Assembly: GCA_964621305.1 (NCBI GenBank)
Contig: CAZUOM010000005.1
Location: forward strand, 18,647 to 82,646
DNA length: 64,000 nt
Reading direction: 5' to 3'
DNA from: an uncultured Gammaproteobacteria bacterium
GTDB taxonomy: Bacteria; Patescibacteriota; Microgenomatia; UBA10105; UBA927
Both the position numbers and the translations under genes were made by a program. The notes under the pieces were generated by a model that was given only the letters and a program-made list of their open reading frames with translations, ran no database searches and was not told the DNA's origin. This document shows positions 9,787 through 18,736 of this stretch, one piece after another. How positions within the stretch are numbered: position 1 is the first letter of the stretch; each line of letters starts with the position of its first letter.

Positions 9787-10476
9787 TTATAAGTTAACGA
9801 TAAATAGCTCTAAATGTTGAGAAAGCGTAAACGGTGAGGCGCCGGTTTTTATGGAGTATTCAATCTCGAGAAGTTTTTTCTCCATAAGGAGCAGAGAATT
9901 CATCGTAAACAACTTAGCTTGAGCTGTCAAGCGACTTGCCTGCCAACCAGCAAGGCCGTCTGGGGTAACGCCATCCCGCAGTTGAATAAGCTGCCTTATC
10001 CGTCGGACGATCATGGTAAACACAAGCTCCGGCGCTTCGTTCTCAACCAAGCGCTGATACAAGTCAATTAGTGTCTTTGCTTGCGAAGGAGCCAGACCAT
10101 CGAGAAAATGGAAAATGATCGCCGGCATTTTGAATAGCTTGATTTGGATGTTAGTGCCGAGATTTTTGGTAACGTTTGCGCCAACCTCCTTGTATTCCCA
10201 CAACACAACGTCGCTACTTTTGGATGAAGCTGCAATAATTTTAGCCAGTTCCTCAACTAGTTTTGTTTTCTTTCCGATCCGGCTAAAAAGATTTTCGATA
10301 ATAACTAGTGTATCTCCCCCAAAAAGCGAGCTGGATTCAAGCGCCTGTGTAAGAGCGGTTTTATCAAGGTTTCTGCCGTCAAGTTGGCGTATTTCTTTTC
10401 CTTTGGCCGTAAGTTTCAAGCGGTTAAGCTCGTTGCGAGAAGCTTCTGTATGGTCGCCGTGAATAACTGTAATCAT
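9787..10476 (-). CDS. holA: DNA polymerase III delta subunit-like (short HolA)
   Basis: 229 aa; N-terminal pattern (VIHGD..., RLDG..., SLFGGDTLVIIEN) resembles the HolA N-domain; shorter than canonical delta. Confidence 0.45.
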   Translation of the reverse strand: MITVIHGDHTEASRNELNRLKLTAKGKEIRQLDGRNLDKTALTQALESSSLFGGDTLVIIENLFSRIGKKTKLVEELAKIIAASSKSSDVVLWEYKEVGANVTKNLGTNIQIKLFKMPAIIFHFLDGLAPSQAKTLIDLYQRLVENEAPELVFTMIVRRIRQLIQLRDGVTPDGLAGWQASRLTAQAKLFTMNSLLLMEKKLLEIEYSIKTGASPFTLSQHLELFIVNL

Positions 10477-10853
10477 TTTATTGTGGATTTATAAATCTGA
10501 AAAAACTTTTCTACTGTTCTTCGCTCAATTTGCCGGTAGCGGCCCCGATGGGGAACGAGCGCTCCGGAAAAATTCATGGGTATGTGCATGAGCTCGTGAA
10601 TGATTGTCCTAATTTTATCGTCGCTAGAAAGCTTGTCAAAGCGATGAGAAATGACTTCAATGATGTAGTGCGGAGGGTGGTTTAGAGCCTGTTGCCAGAT
10701 TTTTGGAAAACTCCAAATCCGTGCATACGCCCGGCTTGTGGCGCCACGGCTGCGCATGCAAGTAATTTGCGATGGTTTCACATGCCCAAACGGTGTCCTT
10801 TTTAAAACGTAGCGCATTAGTTTGGTAATATCAGGTGCCGGAGAGACTTCCAT
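10473..10853 (-). CDS. hypothetical HExxH metallohydrolase-like protein (SprT/DUF45-like)
   Basis: 126 aa; single HELMH zinc-binding motif; overlaps neighbours at both ends. Confidence 0.3.
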   Translation of the reverse strand: MEVSPAPDITKLMRYVLKRTPFGHVKPSQITCMRSRGATSRAYARIWSFPKIWQQALNHPPHYIIEVISHRFDKLSSDDKIRTIIHELMHIPMNFSGALVPHRGRYRQIERRTVEKFFQIYKSTIK

Positions 10854-11253
10854 AAACGTTTTCTAAAATCGGCTTGTTCGTCTTTGGATATCCGATAATG
10901 TTAACCGCTTCTGATAAACTTACCCATTTTACCTCGCTTACACCTTCTTCTTTCTGCGGCTTAAGAGTCTCGTTTATTAGCAACAGAAATAAGAAGTAAT
11001 GAACGGTTTTACTTATGAGGTCGCCTCGCTTATACATATATCGTACCGTGTTTAGTTTCTTAATTATTTTAAGCGACTTAATACCCACCTCTTCGAAAAC
11101 CTCCCTACGCGCTGCTTTCTCTGGCGATTCGCCCTTTTCAATAATTCCTTTGGGAAACGTCCAATTGCCGTTCATGTCACGCATAACCAACACGTTCCAG
11201 CCTTTTCCCTTTTTCCGAGCAACTATGCCACCAGCAGATATTTCAGTTTTCAT
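10831..11253 (-). CDS. NUDIX hydrolase
   Basis: 140 aa; Nudix box GESPEKAARREVFEEVGI. Confidence 0.8.
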   Translation of the reverse strand: MKTEISAGGIVARKKGKGWNVLVMRDMNGNWTFPKGIIEKGESPEKAARREVFEEVGIKSLKIIKKLNTVRYMYKRGDLISKTVHYFLFLLLINETLKPQKEEGVSEVKWVSLSEAVNIIGYPKTNKPILENVYGSLSGT

Positions 11254-11516
11254 TTTTTCTGCACAAGAAAAAGTACGTCGCCTTCTTTGACTGGTTTATC
11301 TACCTTCATTCCGCACGTTTCCCCTGATGGCACCTCACTAACTTGTTTATGTTCTATTTGAAGTGAGTCTATAGTCTGATTAAACTCGCTGTCGTGGCCG
11401 GAAATTTTTACCGTGTCGCCAACTTTAAGCGGCTGGTTCGTCACCAAAACCACAGCCACCCCAATTTTGTCGTAGTAATGTGTAACTTTACCTATTTGAA
11501 TGTCCATTTGTATCAC
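11250..11516 (-). CDS. small hypothetical protein (EF-Tu domain-2-like beta-barrel?)
   Basis: 88 aa; preceded by a perfect Shine-Dalgarno (GGAGGTGAtacaaATG on the minus strand); Gly/Val-rich pattern reminiscent of translation-factor beta-barrel domains. Confidence 0.35.
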   Translation of the reverse strand: MIQMDIQIGKVTHYYDKIGVAVVLVTNQPLKVGDTVKISGHDSEFNQTIDSLQIEHKQVSEVPSGETCGMKVDKPVKEGDVLFLVQKK

Positions 11517-11623
11517 CTCCCTCGCCCGCCGAAGTCTCTACGAAAGCGGGCTTCGGCGGTTGACTCAAAATCACAAATCTCAAATCCCAATGTCCAATAA
11601 AAATATTAACACAAACATGATGA

Positions 11624-12925
11624 TCATTTTACTCCTGCAAAGGCAATACGGTCTAGAATCTGTTGCGCCGTTCCCAACACGCGTCCAGAAACAATCGTTC
11701 CGTCTCCCCAGCGATCGGCAATTTGGTCAATAGCCTGAGTTAGTAATCTTTTCCTTCGTTCTTCAACAAATAAACTTTCCTGCTGGTACAAACTTTTTTG
11801 GAGATTAAAACTGCTTATTGCTAAGATTCGAACCGGTTTGGCCGGCGCAGTCATTAGAATCGCTTTAGCACGTTTATAGAAATCAGCGTCCGCATAAAAC
11901 GCAGTTGTCGACTTTTCTCCGTGATTCCAATATGTATGATCGGCAAATAAACAGGACGCGCGAACTCCCGATGCTACAAATCCCCCGTCCCGCAGGCGTT
12001 TGCCCATTTTTGCCACGAGTTGGGCAAGGATTTTATGCAGTTCATTCTGGGTTGGCAAGTAAGGCTTCCCCAAGGCGTAGGACTGACCAAAGCTCTTCTG
12101 CTCGGCTTCAATTTCCCATGAAGGGTATCCATGAAGTCTAAGCCACCACAAATAGCCCGTGACTGCTCGAAACGCGCGCTTGAGCGCAACGGGTGAGGCT
12201 CGATAAAAATCAAGCGGAGTCTTTATTCCGGCTGACCGCAGCCGCAGACTGTTACCTTCCTTAATGCCACACAGATCAACAAGTTCGAGCTTGCCCAGAA
12301 CTTCTTCGATATTCTCTTTTGTAATCACGTCAAATCCATCGGGTTTATGAAGTCCGCTAGCAACCTTGGCCAGATACCTATTCGGCGCAATGCCAATAGA
12401 GACTGTAAGCCACTCACCGATTTCTTCTTTAATCCGTTGTTTTATTTCCCGTGCAGTATTTGTCATTTGGCATTTGTCATTTGGCATTTTAAGCACTATT
12501 TCATCTATCGATTCAACGGAAAAATTCGGCGTGTATGAAGAAAGGAGTTCCACGAGCTTACGGTTCACAAATCGATATTTTTCCGGATCAGGAGGTAAAA
12601 CGATAAGATTGGGAAAAATTTGCTTGCCCTCCCATACGCGCATGCTGGTCTTGATACCAAGTTTTTTGGCCTCTCGCGAGGCAGCCAAAATGCACCCGTT
12701 TGACTGGACATAGGCTGCAACAGCCACTGGTTTGCCGCGCAGAAGCGGGTTTGCCTGCTGCTCAACGGAAGCAAAGCAGGAGTTAAGGTCGATATGCATG
12801 ATGGTGGGAGGAGCTGAAGAAAAATTGTTATATTGTTTCATTGTTAAATTGTTACAAAGTTTTTCTTTCAACAATGTAGCAATGTAGCCATGTAACCATT
12901 CTCTAAACAGTCGAGTCAATCTCAA
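11624..12925 (-). CDS. dinB: DNA polymerase IV (Y-family translesion polymerase, DinB)
   Basis: longest ORF 433 aa; the conserved start of the Y-family polymerase domain is MHIDLNSCFASVEQ (ATG at 12796..12798), so the true start is probably 12798 or 12840 rather than 12925. Confidence 0.8.
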   Translation of the reverse strand: MRLTRLFREWLHGYIATLLKEKLCNNLTMKQYNNFSSAPPTIMHIDLNSCFASVEQQANPLLRGKPVAVAAYVQSNGCILAASREAKKLGIKTSMRVWEGKQIFPNLIVLPPDPEKYRFVNRKLVELLSSYTPNFSVESIDEIVLKMPNDKCQMTNTAREIKQRIKEEIGEWLTVSIGIAPNRYLAKVASGLHKPDGFDVITKENIEEVLGKLELVDLCGIKEGNSLRLRSAGIKTPLDFYRASPVALKRAFRAVTGYLWWLRLHGYPSWEIEAEQKSFGQSYALGKPYLPTQNELHKILAQLVAKMGKRLRDGGFVASGVRASCLFADHTYWNHGEKSTTAFYADADFYKRAKAILMTAPAKPVRILAISSFNLQKSLYQQESLFVEERRKRLLTQAIDQIADRWGDGTIVSGRVLGTAQQILDRIAFAGVK

Positions 12926-13157
12926 GGAGCTTCCATGATAATAACTCTGTATCGAAGCTCAACTTAAACGCCGTTGTTCCATCGGTCACTGAAAAAACGT
13001 GGGTTAAGGCCCTCCCTTCCCGCGTTGTATGGTGCAGGCCTACTTTGACAATCTGGTAGCGCCTCCCGTGCCAGTAAATCGACGTCGGTGCTGCTGACTT
13101 CTTGATGTGGTTAAATAAAAGATTTACCGAAACAGACTCATCGATTATTTCTGGCAT
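12903..13157 (-). CDS. hypothetical protein upstream of dinB
   Basis: 84 aa ORF with no recognisable motif; its 3' end overlaps the longest dinB ORF. Confidence 0.3.
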   Translation of the reverse strand: MPEIIDESVSVNLLFNHIKKSAAPTSIYWHGRRYQIVKVGLHHTTREGRALTHVFSVTDGTTAFKLSFDTELLSWKLLEIDSTV

Positions 13158-13194
13158 AAAGCTATATAACCAAAATATACCCGAAAATAATTTC

Positions 13195-13227
13195 TGTCAA
13201 GAGTCAAGACGCAGAAGATGCTATAAT
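13195..13227 (+). promoter_or_regulatory. candidate promoter (extended -10 TGcTATAAT) for tRNA-Glu
   Basis: TGCTATAAT at 13219..13227, about 9 nt upstream of the tRNA 5' end; no convincing -35. Confidence 0.3.
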
Positions 13228-13236
13228 AAGGCCTAG

Positions 13237-13310
13237 GCCCCCATCGTCTAGCGGCCTAGGACGACTGGTTTTCAGCCAGTAAACCGCCGGTTCGAATCCG
13301 GCTGGGGGTA
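13237..13310 (+). tRNA. tRNA-Glu (anticodon TTC)
   Basis: manual cloverleaf: acceptor GCCCCCA/TGGGGGT, D-stem GTCT/GGAC, anticodon stem ACTGG/CCAGT with loop TTTTCAG, T-arm GCCGG-TTCGAAT-CCGGC, discriminator A. Confidence 0.8.
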
Positions 13311-13426
13311 CTTAACCTATAGTAAAATTAGACTATAAAATATCCCCCGCGAGAACAAGAACAGAAAAATAAAAAGTAGTCTCGCTCAAATAATTATTTT
13401 CTTTACCATCTTATATATGTACAAAT

Positions 13427-14209
13427 ATGAAAGTTAAAGCTATCAGAACGCATAAAATCAAGATTGGCGATAATCTGTATCAAATTTTAGACAAGTATCT
13501 GCCGAAACTAAAAGAAAAAGATATCATCGCTATTACCTCAAAAATAGTCAGCATCTGTCAAGGGAGAGTCGTTAAAAACGATGGAAAAGTTGATAAAAAG
13601 AAACTTATTCGTAGCGAGGCAGACTATTATTTTGAAAACGAGTTAACCCGCCGCCATGGTATCACGCTTACACTAAAAGAAAAGCCAACTTCAACGCTTA
13701 TCGCTAGCGCAGGCATAGACGAAAGCAACGGAAACGGCTACTTTATCCTTTGGCCGAAAGACGCTTTCAAAACCGCCGCCGAAATCTGGCTGCGCCTACG
13801 CGGTCAATACCGCGTCAATCGTATAGGAGTTCTTATTGTCGACAGCAACATCGTGCCGCTGCGCTGGGGCACGCGCGGACTGGCCGTGGGCTGGTGCGGA
13901 TTTGACGGGCTTAAAGATTACATTGGAACGCCGGATATCTTCGGGAGAAGGCTCCGTGTGACAAAGCAAAACATCGCCGATGACCTCGCCGCTGCTGCCA
14001 ACTTGGTCATTGGCGAGGGTAATGAGCAAACACCAATTGCAGTTGTTTCCGAGGTGTCAGGTGTATCCTTTCAATACCGCCCGCCAACACAAAAAGAAAT
14101 CGGCTCCATGAGGATTTCGCTTGAAGAGGACATCTACGCGCCTCTTCTTACTTCAGTCAAGTGGAAACGGGGTCAGGCCTCGAAAAGATCGTCATACAGC
14201 TCTAGCTAG
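13427..14209 (+). CDS. cofE: coenzyme F420-0:L-glutamate ligase family protein (CofE-like gamma-glutamyl ligase)
   Basis: 260 aa; C-terminal half (GVLIVDSN...GWCGFDGLKDYIGTPDIFGRRLRVTKQNIADDLAAAANLVIGEGNEQTPIAVV) and N-terminal KIGDNL...DIIAITSKIVSICQGRVV match the conserved CofE core closely. Confidence 0.75.
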   Translation: MKVKAIRTHKIKIGDNLYQILDKYLPKLKEKDIIAITSKIVSICQGRVVKNDGKVDKKKLIRSEADYYFENELTRRHGITLTLKEKPTSTLIASAGIDESNGNGYFILWPKDAFKTAAEIWLRLRGQYRVNRIGVLIVDSNIVPLRWGTRGLAVGWCGFDGLKDYIGTPDIFGRRLRVTKQNIADDLAAAANLVIGEGNEQTPIAVVSEVSGVSFQYRPPTQKEIGSMRISLEEDIYAPLLTSVKWKRGQASKRSSYSSS

Positions 14210-14228
14210 ACACCATCATGGGGGGTTG

Positions 14229-14300
14229 TGAGCCGTGCAGGGCTCGAACCTGCAACCAATAGCTTAAAAGGCTACTGCTCTGCCATTGAGCTAACGGCCC
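14229..14300 (-). tRNA. tRNA-Lys (anticodon TTT)
   Basis: reverse complement folds as acceptor GGGCCGT/ACGGCTC, D-arm GCTC-AATGGCA-GAGC, anticodon stem GTAGC/GCTAT with loop CTTTTAA, T-arm GCAGG-TTCGAGC-CCTGC. Confidence 0.8.
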
Positions 14301-14655
14301 GAATTTCTTTAAATTGCCTGCCTCGTAAATAATAGAGTTTTGCCCGCCGGACGTCGCCGCGCTTTTTGACGTCTATTTTTTTGATCCACGGCGAGATCAG
14401 GGGAAAAATCCTTTCGATTCCGATACCTCCTGCGGCAACATGGCGCACCGTAATCATCGTGTTTGGTCCGCTTCCTTTTATCGCTATTACAATGCCCTCA
14501 AAAACCTGTATCCGCTCGCGCGTCTCCTCGTGAACCTCTCGCTTGGTTTTACCCGCTACCTTCTCGTGCTCGATGAGTTTGTAGTGCACGCGGATCGTGT
14601 CACCGACATGAAATTTTACATCATTCCAATGTGCAAAATTTGACATATTAGGCAA
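14272..14655 (-). CDS. rplS: 50S ribosomal protein L19
   Basis: 127 aa; FxVGDT...FEGIVIA...RRAKLYYLR pattern is diagnostic of L19; the last 9 codons and stop run into tRNA-Lys on the same strand. Confidence 0.85.
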   Translation of the reverse strand: MPNMSNFAHWNDVKFHVGDTIRVHYKLIEHEKVAGKTKREVHEETRERIQVFEGIVIAIKGSGPNTMITVRHVAAGGIGIERIFPLISPWIKKIDVKKRGDVRRAKLYYLRGRQFKEIRAVSSMAEQ

Positions 14656-14670
14656 ATTATAGCATGGCGA

Positions 14671-16116
14671 TCACATTTCCTCAACGTTGTGCTGGGTAGA
14701 TTCACGAAAGCCGGCCTGGGTAATTCGGATGAAGCGTGCGTTTTTCCAGAGCTCGGAGATGGTTGCGGCATTGCAGTAACTCATGCCACTGCGCACTGCG
14801 CCAACCAGCTGATTGACTACGTCTTTTGCCGCTCCTTTGTACGGCACAAACGTTTCGACCCCCTCTGGCACAACTTCTTCCAATTCCTTGTCAAGCTCTC
14901 CCTCCGCAAATTCCTTCCTTGATGCTACCGCCGAAAATGACGCTGCCCCACGGTGGACTTTATACTTTTGCCCTTTGCGAAGAAGAATACTCCCCGGGCT
15001 CTCATCGGTACCTGCTAACCAGCCGGCAATCATGACACATGAAGCCCCAGCGGAAAGCGCCTTCGTCATGTCAGCCTGGTAATTCGTTCCTCCGTCGGCA
15101 ATAAGTGGCACTTGAGCTCGATGACCAACTGGCGAACAATCCAAAATCGCCGTTAACTGCGGTACGCCAGCGCCAGCCACGATACGAGTAATGCAAATGC
15201 CACCAGGGCCAATACCAACTTTAACCGCATCAACGTCAAGCCGAATCAAGTCACGGGCCGCCTGGGCAGTCGCTATGTTTCCTACGATAACATCTGTATT
15301 GTGAGCAAGTTTCCTTAACTTCTTAATTGCAAGCATGCCATGCGTTGAGTGAATGTGCGCTATATCGACAACCAGCGCGTCAACTCCGGCCTTAACAAGC
15401 TCTGTTGCCCGCTCTAGGTAATCGCCAACTACGCCCACAGCCGCGCCCACCCGCAACCTTCCATGACTGTCTTGTGTAGCATTGGGGTAGCGGTTTTCAT
15501 TAAGGACAGTCCGGGATGTAATTAGCCCTCCAAGTGTACCGTCACGATGAAGAAGAGGCAGCTTTTCTACTTTATGTTTACGGAAAAGCTTTCTTGCTTG
15601 ATCAAGCGTTATTCCGACACCAGCGATAACCAATTTAATCGCCGGAGTCATAATTTGGCTCATTTTTTTACCCTCGTTATCTAAAAACCACATGTCTCGA
15701 TCGGAGACTAAACCCAAGACTTTATTCTTTTCATCTACGATAATGGCGCTGCTCACATTATGCTGCCTCATAAGCGCTCTGGCCTCTGCAACTGTCTGGC
15801 CAGGCCCAAGAGTAAATGGCGTACCCATAATAAATCCTTCACTACGTTTAACCTTCCGCACTTCCGCTACTTCCCGTTCGATAGTCATAAACCTATGGAT
15901 TATGCCGATACCGCCGAGTTTAGCCATAGCGATAGCCATGTTGCTTTCCGTAACCGTATCGATGTTGGAGGAAACAAAAGGGATAGCAATCTCGATGTTT
16001 CGGGAAACCTTGGTTTTCGTAGAAACGACTTTGCGTGATGTAATCCGCGACTTCTGCGGCACAAGAAGTACGTCGTCGTAAACTAAACCAAGTGGCAAGC
16101 GATTTGCATTTATCAT
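14671..16116 (-). CDS. guaB: inosine-5'-monophosphate dehydrogenase
   Basis: 481 aa; IMPDH active-site loop [24 protein letters not shown] and an inserted CBS pair. Confidence 0.9.
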   Translation of the reverse strand: MINANRLPLGLVYDDVLLVPQKSRITSRKVVSTKTKVSRNIEIAIPFVSSNIDTVTESNMAIAMAKLGGIGIIHRFMTIEREVAEVRKVKRSEGFIMGTPFTLGPGQTVAEARALMRQHNVSSAIIVDEKNKVLGLVSDRDMWFLDNEGKKMSQIMTPAIKLVIAGVGITLDQARKLFRKHKVEKLPLLHRDGTLGGLITSRTVLNENRYPNATQDSHGRLRVGAAVGVVGDYLERATELVKAGVDALVVDIAHIHSTHGMLAIKKLRKLAHNTDVIVGNIATAQAARDLIRLDVDAVKVGIGPGGICITRIVAGAGVPQLTAILDCSPVGHRAQVPLIADGGTNYQADMTKALSAGASCVMIAGWLAGTDESPGSILLRKGQKYKVHRGAASFSAVASRKEFAEGELDKELEEVVPEGVETFVPYKGAAKDVVNQLVGAVRSGMSYCNAATISELWKNARFIRITQAGFRESTQHNVEEM

Positions 16117-17375
16117 AGCCGCAAAAAAGCTCTTCGTTCCGGTCCTACAGAAATATACTTAATCGGAACGCCCAGCTGAACAGAGAGAAATTTTATGTAT
16201 CGCCGTGCAGCCTTGGGAAGTTTTCTTGCTGACTTAATGTCATCAATGTTTTCTTGCCAACCGTCAAATGTTTTGTAGACTGGTAAACAATGACCGAGGG
16301 TATTTACTTCTGACGGAAACTCACGGAGAAGCTTATTCCCAAAGCGATAAGCCACACAAATTTTTAGTTGTGTAAGACCAGACAAAACATCAAGTTTGGT
16401 AATGGCAAGGCTGCTGCAACCGTTGAGTCCAACGCCGTAGCGCAGCATCGGTAGATCTAGCCACCCGCATCGGCGCTTTCGTCCAGAGACCGTGCCAACT
16501 TCACGACCTGCCTCTTGCAGATACTGCCCTATTTGATTGGCTTGTTCCGTTGGAAAAGGGCCATTGCCAACACGCGTCGTATATGCCTTGACTACGCCCA
16601 AAACAGGGATATCGCATGGGGCTATTCCAACGCTAGGGAATACTGCCCCGGCAATAGTTGGAGGAGCGACAGTATATGGATACGTGCCAAATACGGGATC
16701 CAGCATCGTCCCGTGAGCTTGTTCAAACAAAAAACGTTTTGAACCAAGGTTCTCCGACGCCTCAGTCGACACATCGCCCATATACGCAGCGAGTTGTTTT
16801 CCGTACGAAACGCACTCCGATAAAATTGATTCCTCTGTCAAGTTAGTTTTCATACCATAGGCCTTTTCTATGATGGCGATTTTAAGTGGTAAAAGGTGTT
16901 TTAATTTTTCTTCCAAAACTTTAGGCGTCACGAGATCTTCGAGACGAACTCCGGCGCGATTATTGCGGTCTTCGTAGCAATAGCCGATCCCTAGATGGAG
17001 GCTGCCTGTTGCGCGTTTACCTTTCCACTGCTCGGTTGCCGCATCAAGAAGTTTATGGTAAGGCATGACGATGTGGCAGCGCGGGTCAATTGTCAAATGT
17101 ACTGGATAACCCGCCTTCACAAGGAAAGCAACCTCGTCTAAGAGCACGTTTGGCGTAATAACGACGCCCTGAGCTATAAGAAGTTTTTTTCCGTGAAGCA
17201 CTCCAGACGGTATCAAGGATAGGGGAAATTTTTTTCCGTCAGCGACCACGGTGTGTCCGGCATTATTGCCGCCATTCCAGCGGACAACATAATCAAATCT
17301 TGGCGCTATGGCATCAATTACTTTCCCTTTGCCTTCGTCTCCCCACTGAAGGCCAACGACGATGAGCGACTTCAT
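16113..17375 (-). CDS. purA: adenylosuccinate synthetase
   Basis: 420 aa; N-terminal VVGLQWGDEGKGK P-loop and GGNNAGHTV motif. Confidence 0.9.
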   Translation of the reverse strand: MKSLIVVGLQWGDEGKGKVIDAIAPRFDYVVRWNGGNNAGHTVVADGKKFPLSLIPSGVLHGKKLLIAQGVVITPNVLLDEVAFLVKAGYPVHLTIDPRCHIVMPYHKLLDAATEQWKGKRATGSLHLGIGYCYEDRNNRAGVRLEDLVTPKVLEEKLKHLLPLKIAIIEKAYGMKTNLTEESILSECVSYGKQLAAYMGDVSTEASENLGSKRFLFEQAHGTMLDPVFGTYPYTVAPPTIAGAVFPSVGIAPCDIPVLGVVKAYTTRVGNGPFPTEQANQIGQYLQEAGREVGTVSGRKRRCGWLDLPMLRYGVGLNGCSSLAITKLDVLSGLTQLKICVAYRFGNKLLREFPSEVNTLGHCLPVYKTFDGWQENIDDIKSARKLPKAARRYIKFLSVQLGVPIKYISVGPERRAFLRL

Positions 17376-18736
17376 ATCATTTTTTCGGCACGCTTGACTG
17401 CCTCATCAACTATTCGTCCGGCAAACGGATTGTTCTGCTCAGTGATTATTTTTTTCAATTCGTCCTTTTGTTTTTCACTAAGAGATAACCTGTCAACAAT
17501 GGTCCACAGTTGCTGTGGGTTCAACGATTTTCCGCGAGTTTTTTCCTTGAGCCTGTCGTACATATCGGAAATTCCACTAACCAGTCCATACGCCTTGATT
17601 GTTTCTAGCCAAATTTCCGGATGTTTTTGGACATCTGCAGCTATTGCGTTTCGGTCAACACTAATGCGCGACAGTCCCTTGACAATGCTTTGATAGGATA
17701 GGATGCTATACGCAATTGGTATCACGAGGTTCCTGCGCACAGTCGAGTCTGAAAAGTCTCTCTGCAAGCGATTAATAGGAAGTTTTCTACACATTGCCTC
17801 GATGACTCCATTGGCAAACTCAAGCCCTCCTTCAGCTCCTTCAAAATAGATGGGGTTGACTTTGTGAGGCATTCCGCCAGAACCCACTTCTTTTTTAACT
17901 GGAATTACTCTAAGATACCCAAGTAAGACGTATAGCCAAAGATTTTTTACGAAATCTATAAGGATGCTGTTTAGCCGAAATAGACTCTGCAAATAACGAA
18001 CTAATCCCTCGTAAGGCACGATCTGCGTAGTCGCATGGCAAGATTCTAGGCCAAGACTAGCGATGAAATGGTCAGTTAATACAATCCAGTCTAGCTTTGG
18101 CTCGACAGCATAAAGAGCCTGAAATGATCCCACTTCACCTGAACATTTTGCAAAGAAAGAAAAATTTTGAAACATTTCTACCTCGTCGCACAATCTTGAC
18201 AGGGGAACGGCTAGTTCTTTCCCAAAAGTTGTCACGTTTGCCCGCTGCGCGTGCGTGCGGGCGACCAGCACTGTATCTCGCTCGGCCTTAGCAAACACCA
18301 CAAGCTTTTTTACGATATTTCTTAGTGGTGGCAGCAACACGTCTTCCCTGCTCTGCTTAAGAATTAGTGATAGCGCGATTGAATTAATATCTTCAGATCC
18401 GATACCGAGATTAACAAATTGTCTATATTCAGCTCGCGTGTGATGCTCGAGAAATAATTCTATTGCCTTCAAATCATGATTGGTTATACGTTCGAACTCT
18501 TGAATTTTTTTGGCTTTATCTAAAGAAAAATTGTTGATGACAGATCTCAATTTAGGATAATTCCTTTTCATAACAACTTTTACAATCCAGATTAAGTATT
18601 CAACCATCACATAAAGCCGTCTCTCCATCCATGCAAATTCCGAAAAATACTGGCGAAGACTGACCAATTTACGGCTATTTCTCCCATCAAAATGGGTCAA
18701 GGCAAAGAGCGGTTCTGAAGCCTCCCAGTTAATCAT
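17372..18736 (-). CDS. purB: adenylosuccinate lyase
   Basis: 454 aa; fumarate-lyase signature GSGGMPHKVNP; downstream of purA with start/stop overlap. Confidence 0.8.
   Translation of the reverse strand: MINWEASEPLFALTHFDGRNSRKLVSLRQYFSEFAWMERRLYVMVEYLIWIVKVVMKRNYPKLRSVINNFSLDKAKKIQEFERITNHDLKAIELFLEHHTRAEYRQFVNLGIGSEDINSIALSLILKQSREDVLLPPLRNIVKKLVVFAKAERDTVLVARTHAQRANVTTFGKELAVPLSRLCDEVEMFQNFSFFAKCSGEVGSFQALYAVEPKLDWIVLTDHFIASLGLESCHATTQIVPYEGLVRYLQSLFRLNSILIDFVKNLWLYVLLGYLRVIPVKKEVGSGGMPHKVNPIYFEGAEGGLEFANGVIEAMCRKLPINRLQRDFSDSTVRRNLVIPIAYSILSYQSIVKGLSRISVDRNAIAADVQKHPEIWLETIKAYGLVSGISDMYDRLKEKTRGKSLNPQQLWTIVDRLSLSEKQKDELKKIITEQNNPFAGRIVDEAVKRAEKMI

Noticed and set aside
13230-13262. Direct repeat ggcctagg flanking the tRNA-Glu 5' end
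   Set aside because: It is only 8 bp; one copy is part of the conserved D-loop, so this is most likely coincidence.
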